From NCBI RefSeq assembly GCF_041287625.1, contig NZ_JBGGNH010000073.1, positions 165,430 through 189,429 on the forward strand: 24,000 nt of DNA, read 5' to 3'. Shown here piece after piece: positions 15,499 to 24,000 of this stretch. Position 1 is the stretch's first letter, and each line of letters opens with the position of its first letter. Position numbers and translations under genes: made by a program. This DNA comes from Ideonella sp. GTDB taxonomy: Bacteria > Pseudomonadota > Gammaproteobacteria > Burkholderiales > Burkholderiaceae_C. Below the pieces are notes generated by a model that was given only the letters and a program-made list of their open reading frames with translations, was not told the DNA's origin and ran no database searches.

Positions 15499-16311
15499 TC
15501 AGCAGAAGAAGAATTCGGCGTGCCGGCCGGCGCGCGCAATGACCTGTTCGCCCAGTACCGGCAACTCGTCGCCAGGCCGGGGCGTGAGCTGGCTGCTGTG
15601 CGCGGCCAGCGCCTGGAGCTTGGCGGCGCGCGGCGCGATGCCCAGCGGCAAGGCGTGCAGGCGCTGCCATGGCACCCGAGCATCGTCCGGCCTGGCCCAG
15701 TGCCACATCCACACCGGCGTCGCGGCGAAGCGGCAGCCGAGCTGGCGCGCCGCGGCCTCGGCAGCGCGACCGCAGGCTTCGTGGTCCGGATGCCCATCCT
15801 GCGACCAAGTGCTGAGCACCAGGTCCGGCACCGGCGACGCGCGCAGCAGCGCCGCGAGCCGCACCTGCAACGCGCCTTCGTGTCGCGCAATCTGCCCGTC
15901 CGGCAAACCCAGCCGAACGACCGCGGCTGGCGACAGGCCCAGCATCGCCAGGCCAGCGTCGCTCTCGGACCGGCGCACGGGGCCCAGCACTTCGGCCGGC
16001 CATGGGTCGCGGCCGCCGTGGCTGGCTTCGCCGTCGCTCACGGCAATCACGAGGCTGTCACCTCCCTGCTCGGCATGGCGCGCCAGCAGGCCGCCGCAGG
16101 CCAGCACTTCATCGTCCGGATGCGGTGCCACCACCACCAGCCGGCAGTTGGCGGGCAACCAGGTGGCCAGGTCCAGCGCCGGCAGCCTGGCCATGCCGGG
16201 CCAGTCCAGCCAAGTGGCTTCATCGGTGCCTTCGCCGCGGGCGGCGCGGTCGGGCAAGCGAGGATCGGAAACGACCGGGGGCGCAATGTCGGAGAAGGTT
16301 TGCAGGTCCAT
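15499..16311 (-). CDS. PIG-L (LmbE-like) family deacetylase
   Basis: VVVAPHPDDEVLACGG and DGHPDHEA motifs. The start is ATG at 16311 (MDLQTFSD...). The upstream part of the 361-aa track ORF is Pro/Arg-rich junk. Confidence 0.85.
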   Translation of the reverse strand: MDLQTFSDIAPPVVSDPRLPDRAARGEGTDEATWLDWPGMARLPALDLATWLPANCRLVVVAPHPDDEVLACGGLLARHAEQGGDSLVIAVSDGEASHGGRDPWPAEVLGPVRRSESDAGLAMLGLSPAAVVRLGLPDGQIARHEGALQVRLAALLRASPVPDLVLSTWSQDGHPDHEACGRAAEAAARQLGCRFAATPVWMWHWARPDDARVPWQRLHALPLGIAPRAAKLQALAAHSSQLTPRPGDELPVLGEQVIARAGRHAEFFFC

Positions 16312-16312
16312 G

Positions 16313-16675
16313 TCACAGGCTCCAGGGTTCGGTGGCTGGCGTGAGCAGGTTTTTCGCCGAGCGCCGCCAGGTCGCGTTCGGCATGGCTTTGGCGGATGAA
16401 GACGGGCAGGTCGGCCGCCAGGCGGGCGAAGTGCGCGCCGTGGCAGAACGGGCCAGCGCCGAGCGCGCGGCCCAGGCGGCAATGCCAGCGGCGCCGTGCC
16501 AGAGGATGGCCGGCGCGTCGGTGTGATCCTCGTGGAGCTTGGCGGCCACATGGGCCCGCGCGCTGACGGCGAAGTGGGGGCCATTGGCCAGGGGCGGCGC
16601 GCTCAGGCGGGCGTCCAGGTGAGCCTCTTCGTTGTGCGCAGGCACGATGACGGCAAGCAAGAGCTTCTCCAGCAA
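16313..16675 (-). pseudogene. Probable degraded family-2 glycosyltransferase stub
   Basis: It begins LLLAVIVPAHNEEAHL (GT2 N-terminal signature) and has a possible DxD-region relic HTDAPAILW. It is only ~120 codons long with a TTG start. In the middle, the best GC3 and composition switch to another frame (GPFCHGAHFARLAADLPVFIRQSHAERDLAAL), implying frameshifts or deletion. Confidence 0.35.
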
Positions 16676-17020
16676 CTGACCGGCGGCCAGACCTCGCGAG
16701 TATCAAAGCCCGCCTGGCTCGCCTGCGTCGGCCGCGGGCGGGCCTCTGCGTAGGCTGGGCCCTACTACTGCTGCGGCGAAAGCACTGCGGCGGCCGTCAT
16801 CGGACTGAACCTACAAGCGGGGCGCGGTCCGGCCGACTTGAAACCGAACCGCAGGGGCGTAGGCTCGTCAACGTCGCGTGGTCAGCCCACCGGCTGCATT
16901 GGCAGCGCCCTTTCCCGGCCGCTGCCAGCCTGTTGTTCGTCGGAGGATCACTTGCTACAACAACCTGCTGCGGAACTTGAACCGGCCGCCTTGTCAGTGC
17001 CGGCGCCCGCCCACGTCGAT

Positions 17021-18136
17021 GTGCAGGTGGCACCGCCGCGCTGGCGCCCCACCGGTCCTTCCGCGGCGCTGACCATCATGGCCACGCTGTTGTGCATCTA
17101 CACGCTGCACTGGGCGGCGGCGGTCTGCATCCCGGTGCTGTTCAGCGTGATCTTCAACTACGCGCTTTCGCCGGTGGTGACGCGGCTGGCAAAGTGGCGG
17201 CTGCCGCGCTGGCTGGGTGCCGCGCTGGTCGTTTCGTCCATCATCAGCGGGCTGGGCTGGACCGGCTACGCGCTGGCTGACGATGCTTCGCAATTGATGG
17301 AGTCGCTGCCCGAAGCTGCGCAGAAGCTGCGCCAGACGCTGAAGGCCCGCCACAGCAACCAGCCAGGCGCGCTGGAGCGGGTGCAGAAGGCCGCGGCGCA
17401 ACTGGAGCAGGCCGCCGACGAAAACGCCCTCACCGCCAGCGCCACCAACACCAAGGGCGTGCTGATGGTGCAGGCGGTCAAGCCCAAGTTCAACATCAAG
17501 GACTATGTGTGGACCGGCACGCTGGGCCTGCTCGGCCTGGGCGGCCAGGCCGCGGCCGTCTGCCTGCTGACCTATTTCCTGCTTGCCTCGGGCACCAACT
17601 TCCGCCGCAAGATGGTCCGCCTCGCCGGGCCGACGCTGACGCACAAGAAGGTCACCGTGCAGGCGCTGGACGAGGTGGTGCGACAGGTGCGGCGCTACCT
17701 GATGGTGCAACTCGTGCTGAGCGCCATCGTCGGTCTCACCACCGGCCTGGCGTTCTGGGCCACAGGGCTGCAGCACGCAGCGGTGTGGGGCCTGGTCGCC
17801 GCCGTCTGCAACCTGGTGCCTTACGTGGGCACCGTGGTGGTCACCGGCGGCGCGGCGCTGGTCGCGCTGATGCAGTTGGGCACGCTGGAATCCGCGCTGC
17901 TGATCGCCGGCCTGTCACTCGGCATCCGCTTCATCACCGGCCAGTTGCTCACCCCCTGGCTCACCAGCCGCACCAGCCGACTGAACCCCGTGGCCGTCTT
18001 CATCGGCATCCTGTTCTGGGGCTGGCTCTGGGGCGTGTGGGGCATGCTGCTCGGCGTGCCCATCCTGATGATCGTGAAGGTCTTCTGCGACTCGGTGAAG
18101 GCGCTGCAGCCGGCGGGGGAATTGCTGGGGAATTGA
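17021..18136 (+). CDS. AI-2E family transporter (PerM/YhhT-like, UPF0118)
   Basis: Multi-TM protein with NLVPYVGTVV and LNPVAVFIGILFWGWLWGVWGMLLGVPILMIV. The start is uncertain: GTG 17021, TTG 16991, GTG 16997 or ATG 17078. Codons 16838-16985 of the track ORF have poor GC3 and look non-coding. Confidence 0.85.
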   Translation: MQVAPPRWRPTGPSAALTIMATLLCIYTLHWAAAVCIPVLFSVIFNYALSPVVTRLAKWRLPRWLGAALVVSSIISGLGWTGYALADDASQLMESLPEAAQKLRQTLKARHSNQPGALERVQKAAAQLEQAADENALTASATNTKGVLMVQAVKPKFNIKDYVWTGTLGLLGLGGQAAAVCLLTYFLLASGTNFRRKMVRLAGPTLTHKKVTVQALDEVVRQVRRYLMVQLVLSAIVGLTTGLAFWATGLQHAAVWGLVAAVCNLVPYVGTVVVTGGAALVALMQLGTLESALLIAGLSLGIRFITGQLLTPWLTSRTSRLNPVAVFIGILFWGWLWGVWGMLLGVPILMIVKVFCDSVKALQPAGELLGN

Positions 18137-18154
18137 GGCTGGGTGCCCCTGGGC

Positions 18155-18323
18155 CCTTCGACAGGCTCAGGGAGAACGGATATAGAGGCACCCCTCACCG
18201 TTCAGCCACCACTCACCCATCGGCCCCCCATCCCCGTTCGGGCTGAGCTTGTCGAAGCCAGCGCCCTCGGCCAAGCTCAAAGCGAGCTGGCGAAGAGTCC
18301 TTCGACAGGCTCAGGACGAACGG
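18155..18323. repeat. Cluster of REP-like intergenic repeat units between convergent genes
   Basis: ccttcgacaggctcagggagaacgg (18155-18179) and ccttcgacaggctcaggacgaacgg (18299-18323) are direct copies (23/25). ccgttcgggctgagcttgtcgaagc (18234-18258) is the inverted copy (20/25). A degenerate unit lies near 18266-18287. Confidence 0.7.
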
Positions 18324-18336
18324 GAAAAGAGATTTC

Positions 18337-21300
18337 TCAGCCGACCCACTTCCGCGCATTGCGGAACATTCGCGTCCACGGGCTGAGTTCGTCCACTGAC
18401 CCGCTGGTCCAGCTCATCAGCACATTGCGGAACACGCGCTCGGGGTGCGGCATCAGCACGGTGAAGCGGCCATCGGCCGTGGTGACGGAGGTCAAACCGT
18501 CGGGGCTGCCGTTGGGGTTCAGCGGGTAGACCTCAGTCGGCTGGCCGTTGCCATCCACCCAGCGCATCGCGCGCTTCACGTTGGCTGCATTGCCACGCTG
18601 TGAGAAGTCGGCAAAGCCTTCGCCATGGGCAACGGCGATGGGCATGCGGCTGCCGGCCATGCCCTGGAAGAAGATGGACGGGCTTTCCAGCACCTCGACC
18701 ATCGCCAGCCGGCCTTCGAACTGTTCGCTCTTGTTGCGGGTGAACTTCGGCCAGTCCTGTGCGCCAGGAATGATGGGCGACAGCGCGGCCATCATCTGGC
18801 AGCCGTTGCAGATGCCTAAAGCAAAGGTGTCCTGCCGACCGAAGAAGGCCTCGAAGTCTTCGGCCAGCTTGGGATTGAACATGACCGAGCGGGCCCAGCC
18901 TTCGCCGGCGCCCAGCGTGTCGCCGTAGCTGAAGCCACCGCAGGCGACAAAGCCCTTGAAGTCGGCCAGCTTGGCGCGGCCGCTTTGCAGGTCGCTCATG
19001 TGCACGTCGTGCGCGTCGAAGCCGGCCAGGTTGAAGACGTAGCTGGTCTCGACGTGGCTGTTGACGCCCTGCTCGCGCAGGATGGCGATCTTCGGACGGG
19101 TGCCGCTCTTCAGGATGTACGGCGCCGCCACGTCTTCCTTGGCATCGAAGGTCAACGCGAGATGCAGGCCCGCGTCGCCGCTGCCGGCCAGCGCATGTTC
19201 GCTGTCGGCGCAGACGGGGTTGTCGCGCTGGCGGGCAATGCGCCAGCTGACGTCGTCCCACTGCTGCTGCAGCTCGGCCAGCGGCGCGCTGAACTGGCTC
19301 TTGGCATCGCGCCAGACTTCGATCACGCCCTTGTCGTTGGTCTTGCCGACGACGTGGCTGAGCTTCGAGAGGCCATGCGCGCGCAGCGTGCCCAGCACCG
19401 CGTCACGGTCGATGGTCTTCACCTGGATCAGCGCGCCCAGCTCCTCGTTGAACAGCGCCTTCAGCGTCAGTTCCTCGCGGCGGCCGCTGACCTGGCTGGC
19501 CCAGTTCTTGGAGTCGCCCATTTCGGCGCGGCTGTCGGAAATGCCGTCGCCTTCGGTGACCAGCATGTCCACGTTCAGGCTCACGCCGCGGCGGCCGGCA
19601 AAGGCCATTTCGCAAGCCGCTGCCCACAGGCCGCCGTCGGAGCGGTCGTGGTAAGCCAGCAGCTTGGCGTCGCTGCGCAGCGCGTTGATGGCGGCGACCA
19701 GGTTCTTCAGCAGTTCGGGGTCGTCCAGGTCCGGCACGCTGTCGCCGAAGCGCTGCAGCGTCTGCGCCAGGATTGAGCCGGCCATGCGGGCCTTGCCCTG
19801 GCCGAGGTCGACCAGGATCAGCGTGGTGTCGCCGTCCTGCAGCTGCGGGGTCAGCGTGCCGCGCACGTCTTCCAGCGAGGCGAAGGCAGTGACGATCAGC
19901 GAGACGGGCGCGACGACCTGCCTGGTCTGGTCATCGTCCTGCCAGCGGGTGCGCATCGACAGGCTGTCCTTGCCGACGGGCACGCTGATGCCCAGCGCCG
20001 GGCACAGTTCCATGCCGACGGCCTTGACGGTTTCGTACAGCGCGGCGTCTTCACCCGGCTCGCCGCAAGCGGCCATCCAGTTGCAGCTGAGCTTGACGCG
20101 ACTCAGCTCGAACGGCGCAGCAAGCAGGTTGGTGATGGCTTCGGCCACGGCCATGCGGCCGGAGGCCGGTGCGTCCAGCGCAGCCAGCGGCGTGCGCTCG
20201 CCCATGCTCATGGCTTCGCCGCGGAAGCCCTTGTAGTCGGCCAGCGTCACGGCGCAGTCTGCCACCGGCACTTGCCACGGGCCGACCATCTGGTCGCGGT
20301 GGTTCATGCCGCCCACGGTGCGGTCCCCAATGGTGACCAGGAAACGCTTGCTGGCGACTGTCGGGTGGCGCAGCACGTCGCGTGCGGCCTTGTCCAGCGG
20401 CACGCCGGTCAGGTCCAGTGCAGGCAGCTGGCGGACCACGCTTTTCACGTCGCGTTGCATCTTCGGCGGTTTGCCCAGCAGCACGTCCATCGGCATGTCG
20501 ATCACGCGCTCGCCGCCGGGGCCGTCTTCGAGGATCAGCTCGGGCTCGTCAGTCGCCACGCCGACGATGGCGTACGGGCAGCGCTCGCGCTCGCACATCT
20601 GCTCGAACAAGCCCAGCTTGGCCGGGTCGATGGCCAGCGTGTAGCGCTCCTGGCTCTCGTTGCACCAGATTTCCTTGGGCGCCAGGCCGGACTCTTCCAG
20701 CGGCACCTTGCGCATGTCGAAGCGAGCGCCCTTGCCGGCACCGTCCACCAGCTCGGGGAAGGCGTTGGAGATGCCACCGGCGCCCACGTCGTGGATCGCG
20801 ACGACGGGGTTGTCGGCGCCCAGGCTCCAGCAGTGGTTGATGACCTCCTGCGCGCGGCGCTGGATCTCGGGGTTGCCACGCTGCACCGAGTCGAAGTCCA
20901 GCGACGCGGTGTTGGTGCCGGCCGCCATCGAACTGGCAGCGCCGCCGCCCATGCCGATGCGCATGCCCGGGCCGCCCAGCTGCACCAGCAGCGTGCCGGC
21001 GGCAAACGGCAGCTTCTTGGTCTGGCCGTCCGAGATCATGCCCAGGCCGCCGGCGATCATGATGGGCTTGTGGTAACCGCGGCGGATGGCTTTTTCCGTA
21101 CCGTCTGCACCCTCGCCCACGGTTTGCTCGTAGACGCGGAAATAGCCGCCCAGCGCTGGCCGGCCGAACTCGTTGTTGAACGCCGCGCCGCCCAGCGGGC
21201 CTTCGGTCATGATCTGCAGCGGGCTGGCGATGTGTTCCGGCTTGCCGTAGGGCGTTTGCTCCCACGGTTCGCTGGTGCCGGGCAGGTTCAGGTTGGAGAC

Positions 21301-22374
21301 GGAAAAGCCGGTGAGGCCGGCCTTGGGGCGGGCGCCGCGGCCGGTGGCACCTTCGTCGCGGATCTCGCCGCCGGCGCCGGTGGAGGCGCCAGGGAACGGC
21401 GAGATGGCGGTCGGATGGTTGTGCGTCTCGACCTTCATCAGCACATGCGCGGTTTCCTCGCGTGCACCGTACTTCGGCGCATCGGTGAAACCCGCAGTTG
21501 AGGATTCAGGCAGCCAGCGCTCGACCGGGCCGCCTTCCATCACCGCGGCGTTGTCGTTGTACGCAATGATGGTGTGCTGCGAGTTCAGCTTTTCGGTGTT
21601 GCGGATCATGCCGAACATCGACAGCGGCTGCTGCTCACCGTCGATGATGAACTCGGCGTTGAAGATCTTGTGGCGGCAGTGCTCGCTGTTGGCCTGCGCG
21701 AACATCATCAGCTCGACGTCGCTGGGGTTGCGCTTGAGCGCGGTGAAGGCCTTGACCAGGTAGTCGATCTCGTCGTCCGACAGCGCCAGGCCGAACTCGC
21801 TGTTGGCCTTGATCAGCGCCGTGCGGCCCTGGCCGATCACGTCCACATGGGCCAGCGGCTCGGCGGCCTTGTCGTCGAACAGGTGCTGCGAGGCTTCCCG
21901 CTCGAAGACCACGCTTTCGGTCATGCGGTCGTGCAGCAGCAGTGCGCAGGCGGCGCGCTCTTCGGCGGTCAGCGGCTTGTTGCCTCCGGTCAGCGTGCTC
22001 ATCAGCCCGCTTTTCAGCACCAGCCGGAATTCGGTCACGCGCTCGACGCGGTGGATCGGCAGGCCACAGTTGTGGGCGATGTCGGTCGCCTTGGAGGCCC
22101 AGGGCGACACGGTGCCCAGGCGCGGCATCACGACGATCAGCTCGCCCTCGGCCGGCGCTTCATAGGCGTCGCCGTAGCTCAGCAGCTCGGCCAGCTTCTG
22201 GCGCACTTCAGCCGCCAGTGGCGCGTCGCTCCAGGCCCAGTGCACATGGCGGGCTGACACCCCAGCGATGCGGGGGCATGCGGCCTGCAGGGCCGGCAGC
22301 AGGGCGGCGGCGCGAAACGCGGAAAGGGCGTTGCCGCCCTCGAAGTGCATCAGGTGCTTGGAAGCTGTGGACAT
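18337..22374 (-). CDS. purL: Phosphoribosylformylglycinamidine synthase, single-chain large form
   Basis: 1345-aa ORF collinear with E. coli PurL: an N-terminal ALSAFR motif, AIR-synthase-like repeats, and a C-terminal glutaminase domain ([12 protein letters not shown]). An alternative start is ATG 22350. Confidence 0.97.
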   Translation of the reverse strand: MSTASKHLMHFEGGNALSAFRAAALLPALQAACPRIAGVSARHVHWAWSDAPLAAEVRQKLAELLSYGDAYEAPAEGELIVVMPRLGTVSPWASKATDIAHNCGLPIHRVERVTEFRLVLKSGLMSTLTGGNKPLTAEERAACALLLHDRMTESVVFEREASQHLFDDKAAEPLAHVDVIGQGRTALIKANSEFGLALSDDEIDYLVKAFTALKRNPSDVELMMFAQANSEHCRHKIFNAEFIIDGEQQPLSMFGMIRNTEKLNSQHTIIAYNDNAAVMEGGPVERWLPESSTAGFTDAPKYGAREETAHVLMKVETHNHPTAISPFPGASTGAGGEIRDEGATGRGARPKAGLTGFSVSNLNLPGTSEPWEQTPYGKPEHIASPLQIMTEGPLGGAAFNNEFGRPALGGYFRVYEQTVGEGADGTEKAIRRGYHKPIMIAGGLGMISDGQTKKLPFAAGTLLVQLGGPGMRIGMGGGAASSMAAGTNTASLDFDSVQRGNPEIQRRAQEVINHCWSLGADNPVVAIHDVGAGGISNAFPELVDGAGKGARFDMRKVPLEESGLAPKEIWCNESQERYTLAIDPAKLGLFEQMCERERCPYAIVGVATDEPELILEDGPGGERVIDMPMDVLLGKPPKMQRDVKSVVRQLPALDLTGVPLDKAARDVLRHPTVASKRFLVTIGDRTVGGMNHRDQMVGPWQVPVADCAVTLADYKGFRGEAMSMGERTPLAALDAPASGRMAVAEAITNLLAAPFELSRVKLSCNWMAACGEPGEDAALYETVKAVGMELCPALGISVPVGKDSLSMRTRWQDDDQTRQVVAPVSLIVTAFASLEDVRGTLTPQLQDGDTTLILVDLGQGKARMAGSILAQTLQRFGDSVPDLDDPELLKNLVAAINALRSDAKLLAYHDRSDGGLWAAACEMAFAGRRGVSLNVDMLVTEGDGISDSRAEMGDSKNWASQVSGRREELTLKALFNEELGALIQVKTIDRDAVLGTLRAHGLSKLSHVVGKTNDKGVIEVWRDAKSQFSAPLAELQQQWDDVSWRIARQRDNPVCADSEHALAGSGDAGLHLALTFDAKEDVAAPYILKSGTRPKIAILREQGVNSHVETSYVFNLAGFDAHDVHMSDLQSGRAKLADFKGFVACGGFSYGDTLGAGEGWARSVMFNPKLAEDFEAFFGRQDTFALGICNGCQMMAALSPIIPGAQDWPKFTRNKSEQFEGRLAMVEVLESPSIFFQGMAGSRMPIAVAHGEGFADFSQRGNAANVKRAMRWVDGNGQPTEVYPLNPNGSPDGLTSVTTADGRFTVLMPHPERVFRNVLMSWTSGSVDELSPWTRMFRNARKWVG

Positions 22375-22530
22375 GGGGTTCCGTCGGTTGGCGGCGGTGC
22401 GGGCACGCGTTGGGAGCGTGGAAACCTGGTGACAAAGTCCGCGGCAGGAATGCCCACCGTCGGCTTACTTGGTTCCCCGGTCGCGCCCGTGGAAACCCGG
22501 CATTTTACGATGCGATGGGATAATCAGTGG

Positions 22531-23334
22531 ATGACGATCACCCTGAAATCCGCAGCCGACATCGAAGGCATGCGCGTCGCAGGCCGCCTGGCCTCGGAAG
22601 TGCTGGACATGCTGACCCCGCACGTCAAGCCCGGGATCACGACCGAAGCGCTGGACAAGCTGGCCCACGACCACATCGTGAACGTGCAGGGTGGCATTCC
22701 CGCGCCGCTGAACTACCAGCCGCCGGGCTACACGCCCTACCCGAAGTCGGTCTGCACCTCGATCAACCACCAGGTCTGCCACGGCATTCCCAACGACAGG
22801 CCACTGAAGAACGGCGACATCGTCAACATCGACGTCACCGTCATCAAGGACGGCTGGCATGGCGACACCAGCCGCATGTTCGTCGTCGGTGAAGGCTCCA
22901 TCGCCGCAAAGCGCCTGTGCGCGCTGACCTACGAAGCCATGTGGAAAGGCATCGTCAAGGTCAAGCCAGGCGCTCGCCTGGGCGACATCGGCCATTCGAT
23001 CCAGACCTTCACCGAGAACCAGGGCTTTTCCATCGTTCGCGAGTTCTGCGGCCACGGCATCGGCCTGAAGTTCCACGAGGAGCCACAGGTGCTGCACTAC
23101 GGCCGCCCGGGCACGCTGGAAGAGCTGGTGCCGGGCATGGTGTTCACCATCGAGCCGATGGTCAACGCCGGCCGGCGCGAGATCAAGGAAGCCGGCGACG
23201 GTTGGACCATCGTCACCAAGGACCGCTCGCTGTCGGCGCAGTGGGAACACACCATCGTCGTCACCGACACCGGCTATGAAGTGCTGACGGTTTCTGCTGG
23301 CAGCCCGCCGCCGCCGGCCTTCGTCAACGGCTGA
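22531..23334 (+). CDS. map: Type I methionine aminopeptidase
   Basis: MTITLKSAADIEGMRVAGRLASEVL...CHGIPNDRPLKNGDIVNIDVTVIKDGWHGDTSRMF...EFCGHGIG...FTIEPM...QWEHTIVVT is near-collinear with E. coli Map. The start is ATG 22531. Confidence 0.95.
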   Translation: MTITLKSAADIEGMRVAGRLASEVLDMLTPHVKPGITTEALDKLAHDHIVNVQGGIPAPLNYQPPGYTPYPKSVCTSINHQVCHGIPNDRPLKNGDIVNIDVTVIKDGWHGDTSRMFVVGEGSIAAKRLCALTYEAMWKGIVKVKPGARLGDIGHSIQTFTENQGFSIVREFCGHGIGLKFHEEPQVLHYGRPGTLEELVPGMVFTIEPMVNAGRREIKEAGDGWTIVTKDRSLSAQWEHTIVVTDTGYEVLTVSAGSPPPPAFVNG

Positions 23335-23342
23335 ACAAGCGG

Positions 23343-24000
23343 ATGTCTGCAGTCCTAGAGTCCGTCATCCAGCCTCCGATCCCGCCGCAGGCCGCCGTGC
23401 CGGTGGCCGAGTTGCGCCGCCGCTTCAAGGACGGCAAGGCTGCCTTGCTGAACCACTTCCGCGAGGCCAGGCCCACGGTCACCAGCGCGGCGCGACTGGC
23501 GCGGGCACTGGCCCGGCATGTGGACGCGACGCTGGCCCAGCTGTGGTTCCAGTCCTGCCTGCCGCAGGGCGCGGTGCTGGTGGCGGTGGGCGGCTACGGG
23601 CGCGGTGAGCTGTGTCCGTATTCCGACATTGACGTGCTGGTGCTGCTGCCTGCCGGTGCCGAGGCCGACCCGGTCTGCCAGGCCGGCGTGTCGGATTTGA
23701 TCACCGGCTGCTGGGACATCGGGCTGGAGATCGGCTCTTCGGTGCGCACGGTGGACGAATGCGTGGCCGAGGCCCGCAACGATGTGACGGTGCAGACGGC
23801 GCTGCTGGAAAGCCGCTTCCTGTGCGGCCCGCGGCGCCTGTTCACCCGCTTTCGCCGCGCGACCGACGAGACGATGGACCCGGTGGCCTTCCTGCGCGCC
23901 AAGGCGCTGGAAATGCGCCAGCGCCATGTCAAGTACGAGGACACGCCCTACTCGCTGGAGCCCAACTGCAAGGAAAGCCCGGGCGGCCTGCGCGACCTGC
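23343..24000 (+). CDS. glnD: [Protein-PII] uridylyltransferase/uridylyl-removing enzyme, 3'-truncated by the window edge
   Basis: The frame is open from ATG 23343 to the window end (not in the ORF track because it has no stop). It carries the nucleotidyltransferase motif VAVGGYGRGELCPYSDIDVLVLLP. The conserved map-glnD gene order supports the call. Confidence 0.9.
   Translation, partial: MSAVLESVIQPPIPPQAAVPVAELRRRFKDGKAALLNHFREARPTVTSAARLARALARHVDATLAQLWFQSCLPQGAVLVAVGGYGRGELCPYSDIDVLVLLPAGAEADPVCQAGVSDLITGCWDIGLEIGSSVRTVDECVAEARNDVTVQTALLESRFLCGPRRLFTRFRRATDETMDPVAFLRAKALEMRQRHVKYEDTPYSLEPNCKESPGGLRDL

Noticed and set aside
16676-17020. A long upstream region of the AI-2E transporter, partly called as ORF from 16838, examined for a riboswitch or leader RNA. 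It includes the hairpin GGCAGC (16901-16906) pairing with GCTGCC (16921-16926).
   Set aside because: Poor GC3 argues that it is non-coding, but I could not recognise any known riboswitch core (no B12 box, and nothing resembling SAM, glycine or c-di-GMP motifs). A single modest hairpin is not enough to call a feature.
1-24000. A search by eye for CRISPR arrays, tRNA/rRNA genes, IS elements, integrases and terminal inverted repeats flanking the 4594-11736 block.
   Set aside because: None was seen. The only repeat structures found are the phosphatase 3'-end copies, the retron a1/a2 repeats and stems, and the REP-like units at 18155-18323. The island borders therefore remain undefined.

Overview
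This is a high-GC bacterial chromosomal window. The protein similarities and an intergenic repeat family suggest a Burkholderiales/Comamonadaceae-like betaproteobacterium, but that is inference only.

**Gene content**
- Right end: housekeeping genes purL (-), map (+) and the 5' part of glnD (+).
- Middle: hybrid sensor kinase, PF10118-type metal-dependent hydrolase, slyX, an OsmB-like lipoprotein, a PIG-L deacetylase, a degraded GT2-like stub and an AI-2E transporter.
- Left end: a truncated M56 (BlaR1-like) peptidase, then a secreted alkaline-phosphatase operon whose 3' end is followed by stacked, displaced copies of its own terminus.

**Main finding (4594-11736, all + strand)**
- A 1077-aa helical-repeat protein with a degenerate WGR-like N-terminus is translationally coupled (ATGA overlap) to a 569-aa SWIM zinc-finger protein.
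- 19 nt downstream of the SWIM stop lies a textbook retron ncRNA: 14-bp perfect a1/a2 inverted repeats, a candidate branching G, and a 26-bp msd stem.
- This is followed by a 641-aa retron-type reverse transcriptase with an extra coiled-coil N-terminal extension and a fused C-terminal multi-pass membrane domain.
- I cannot match this gene combination to a retron type I know and flag it as the candidate novel system. Database searches are needed to establish novelty.

I saw no CRISPR array, tRNA/rRNA, transposase or integrase. Many long antisense ORFs in the track are high-GC shadow frames.
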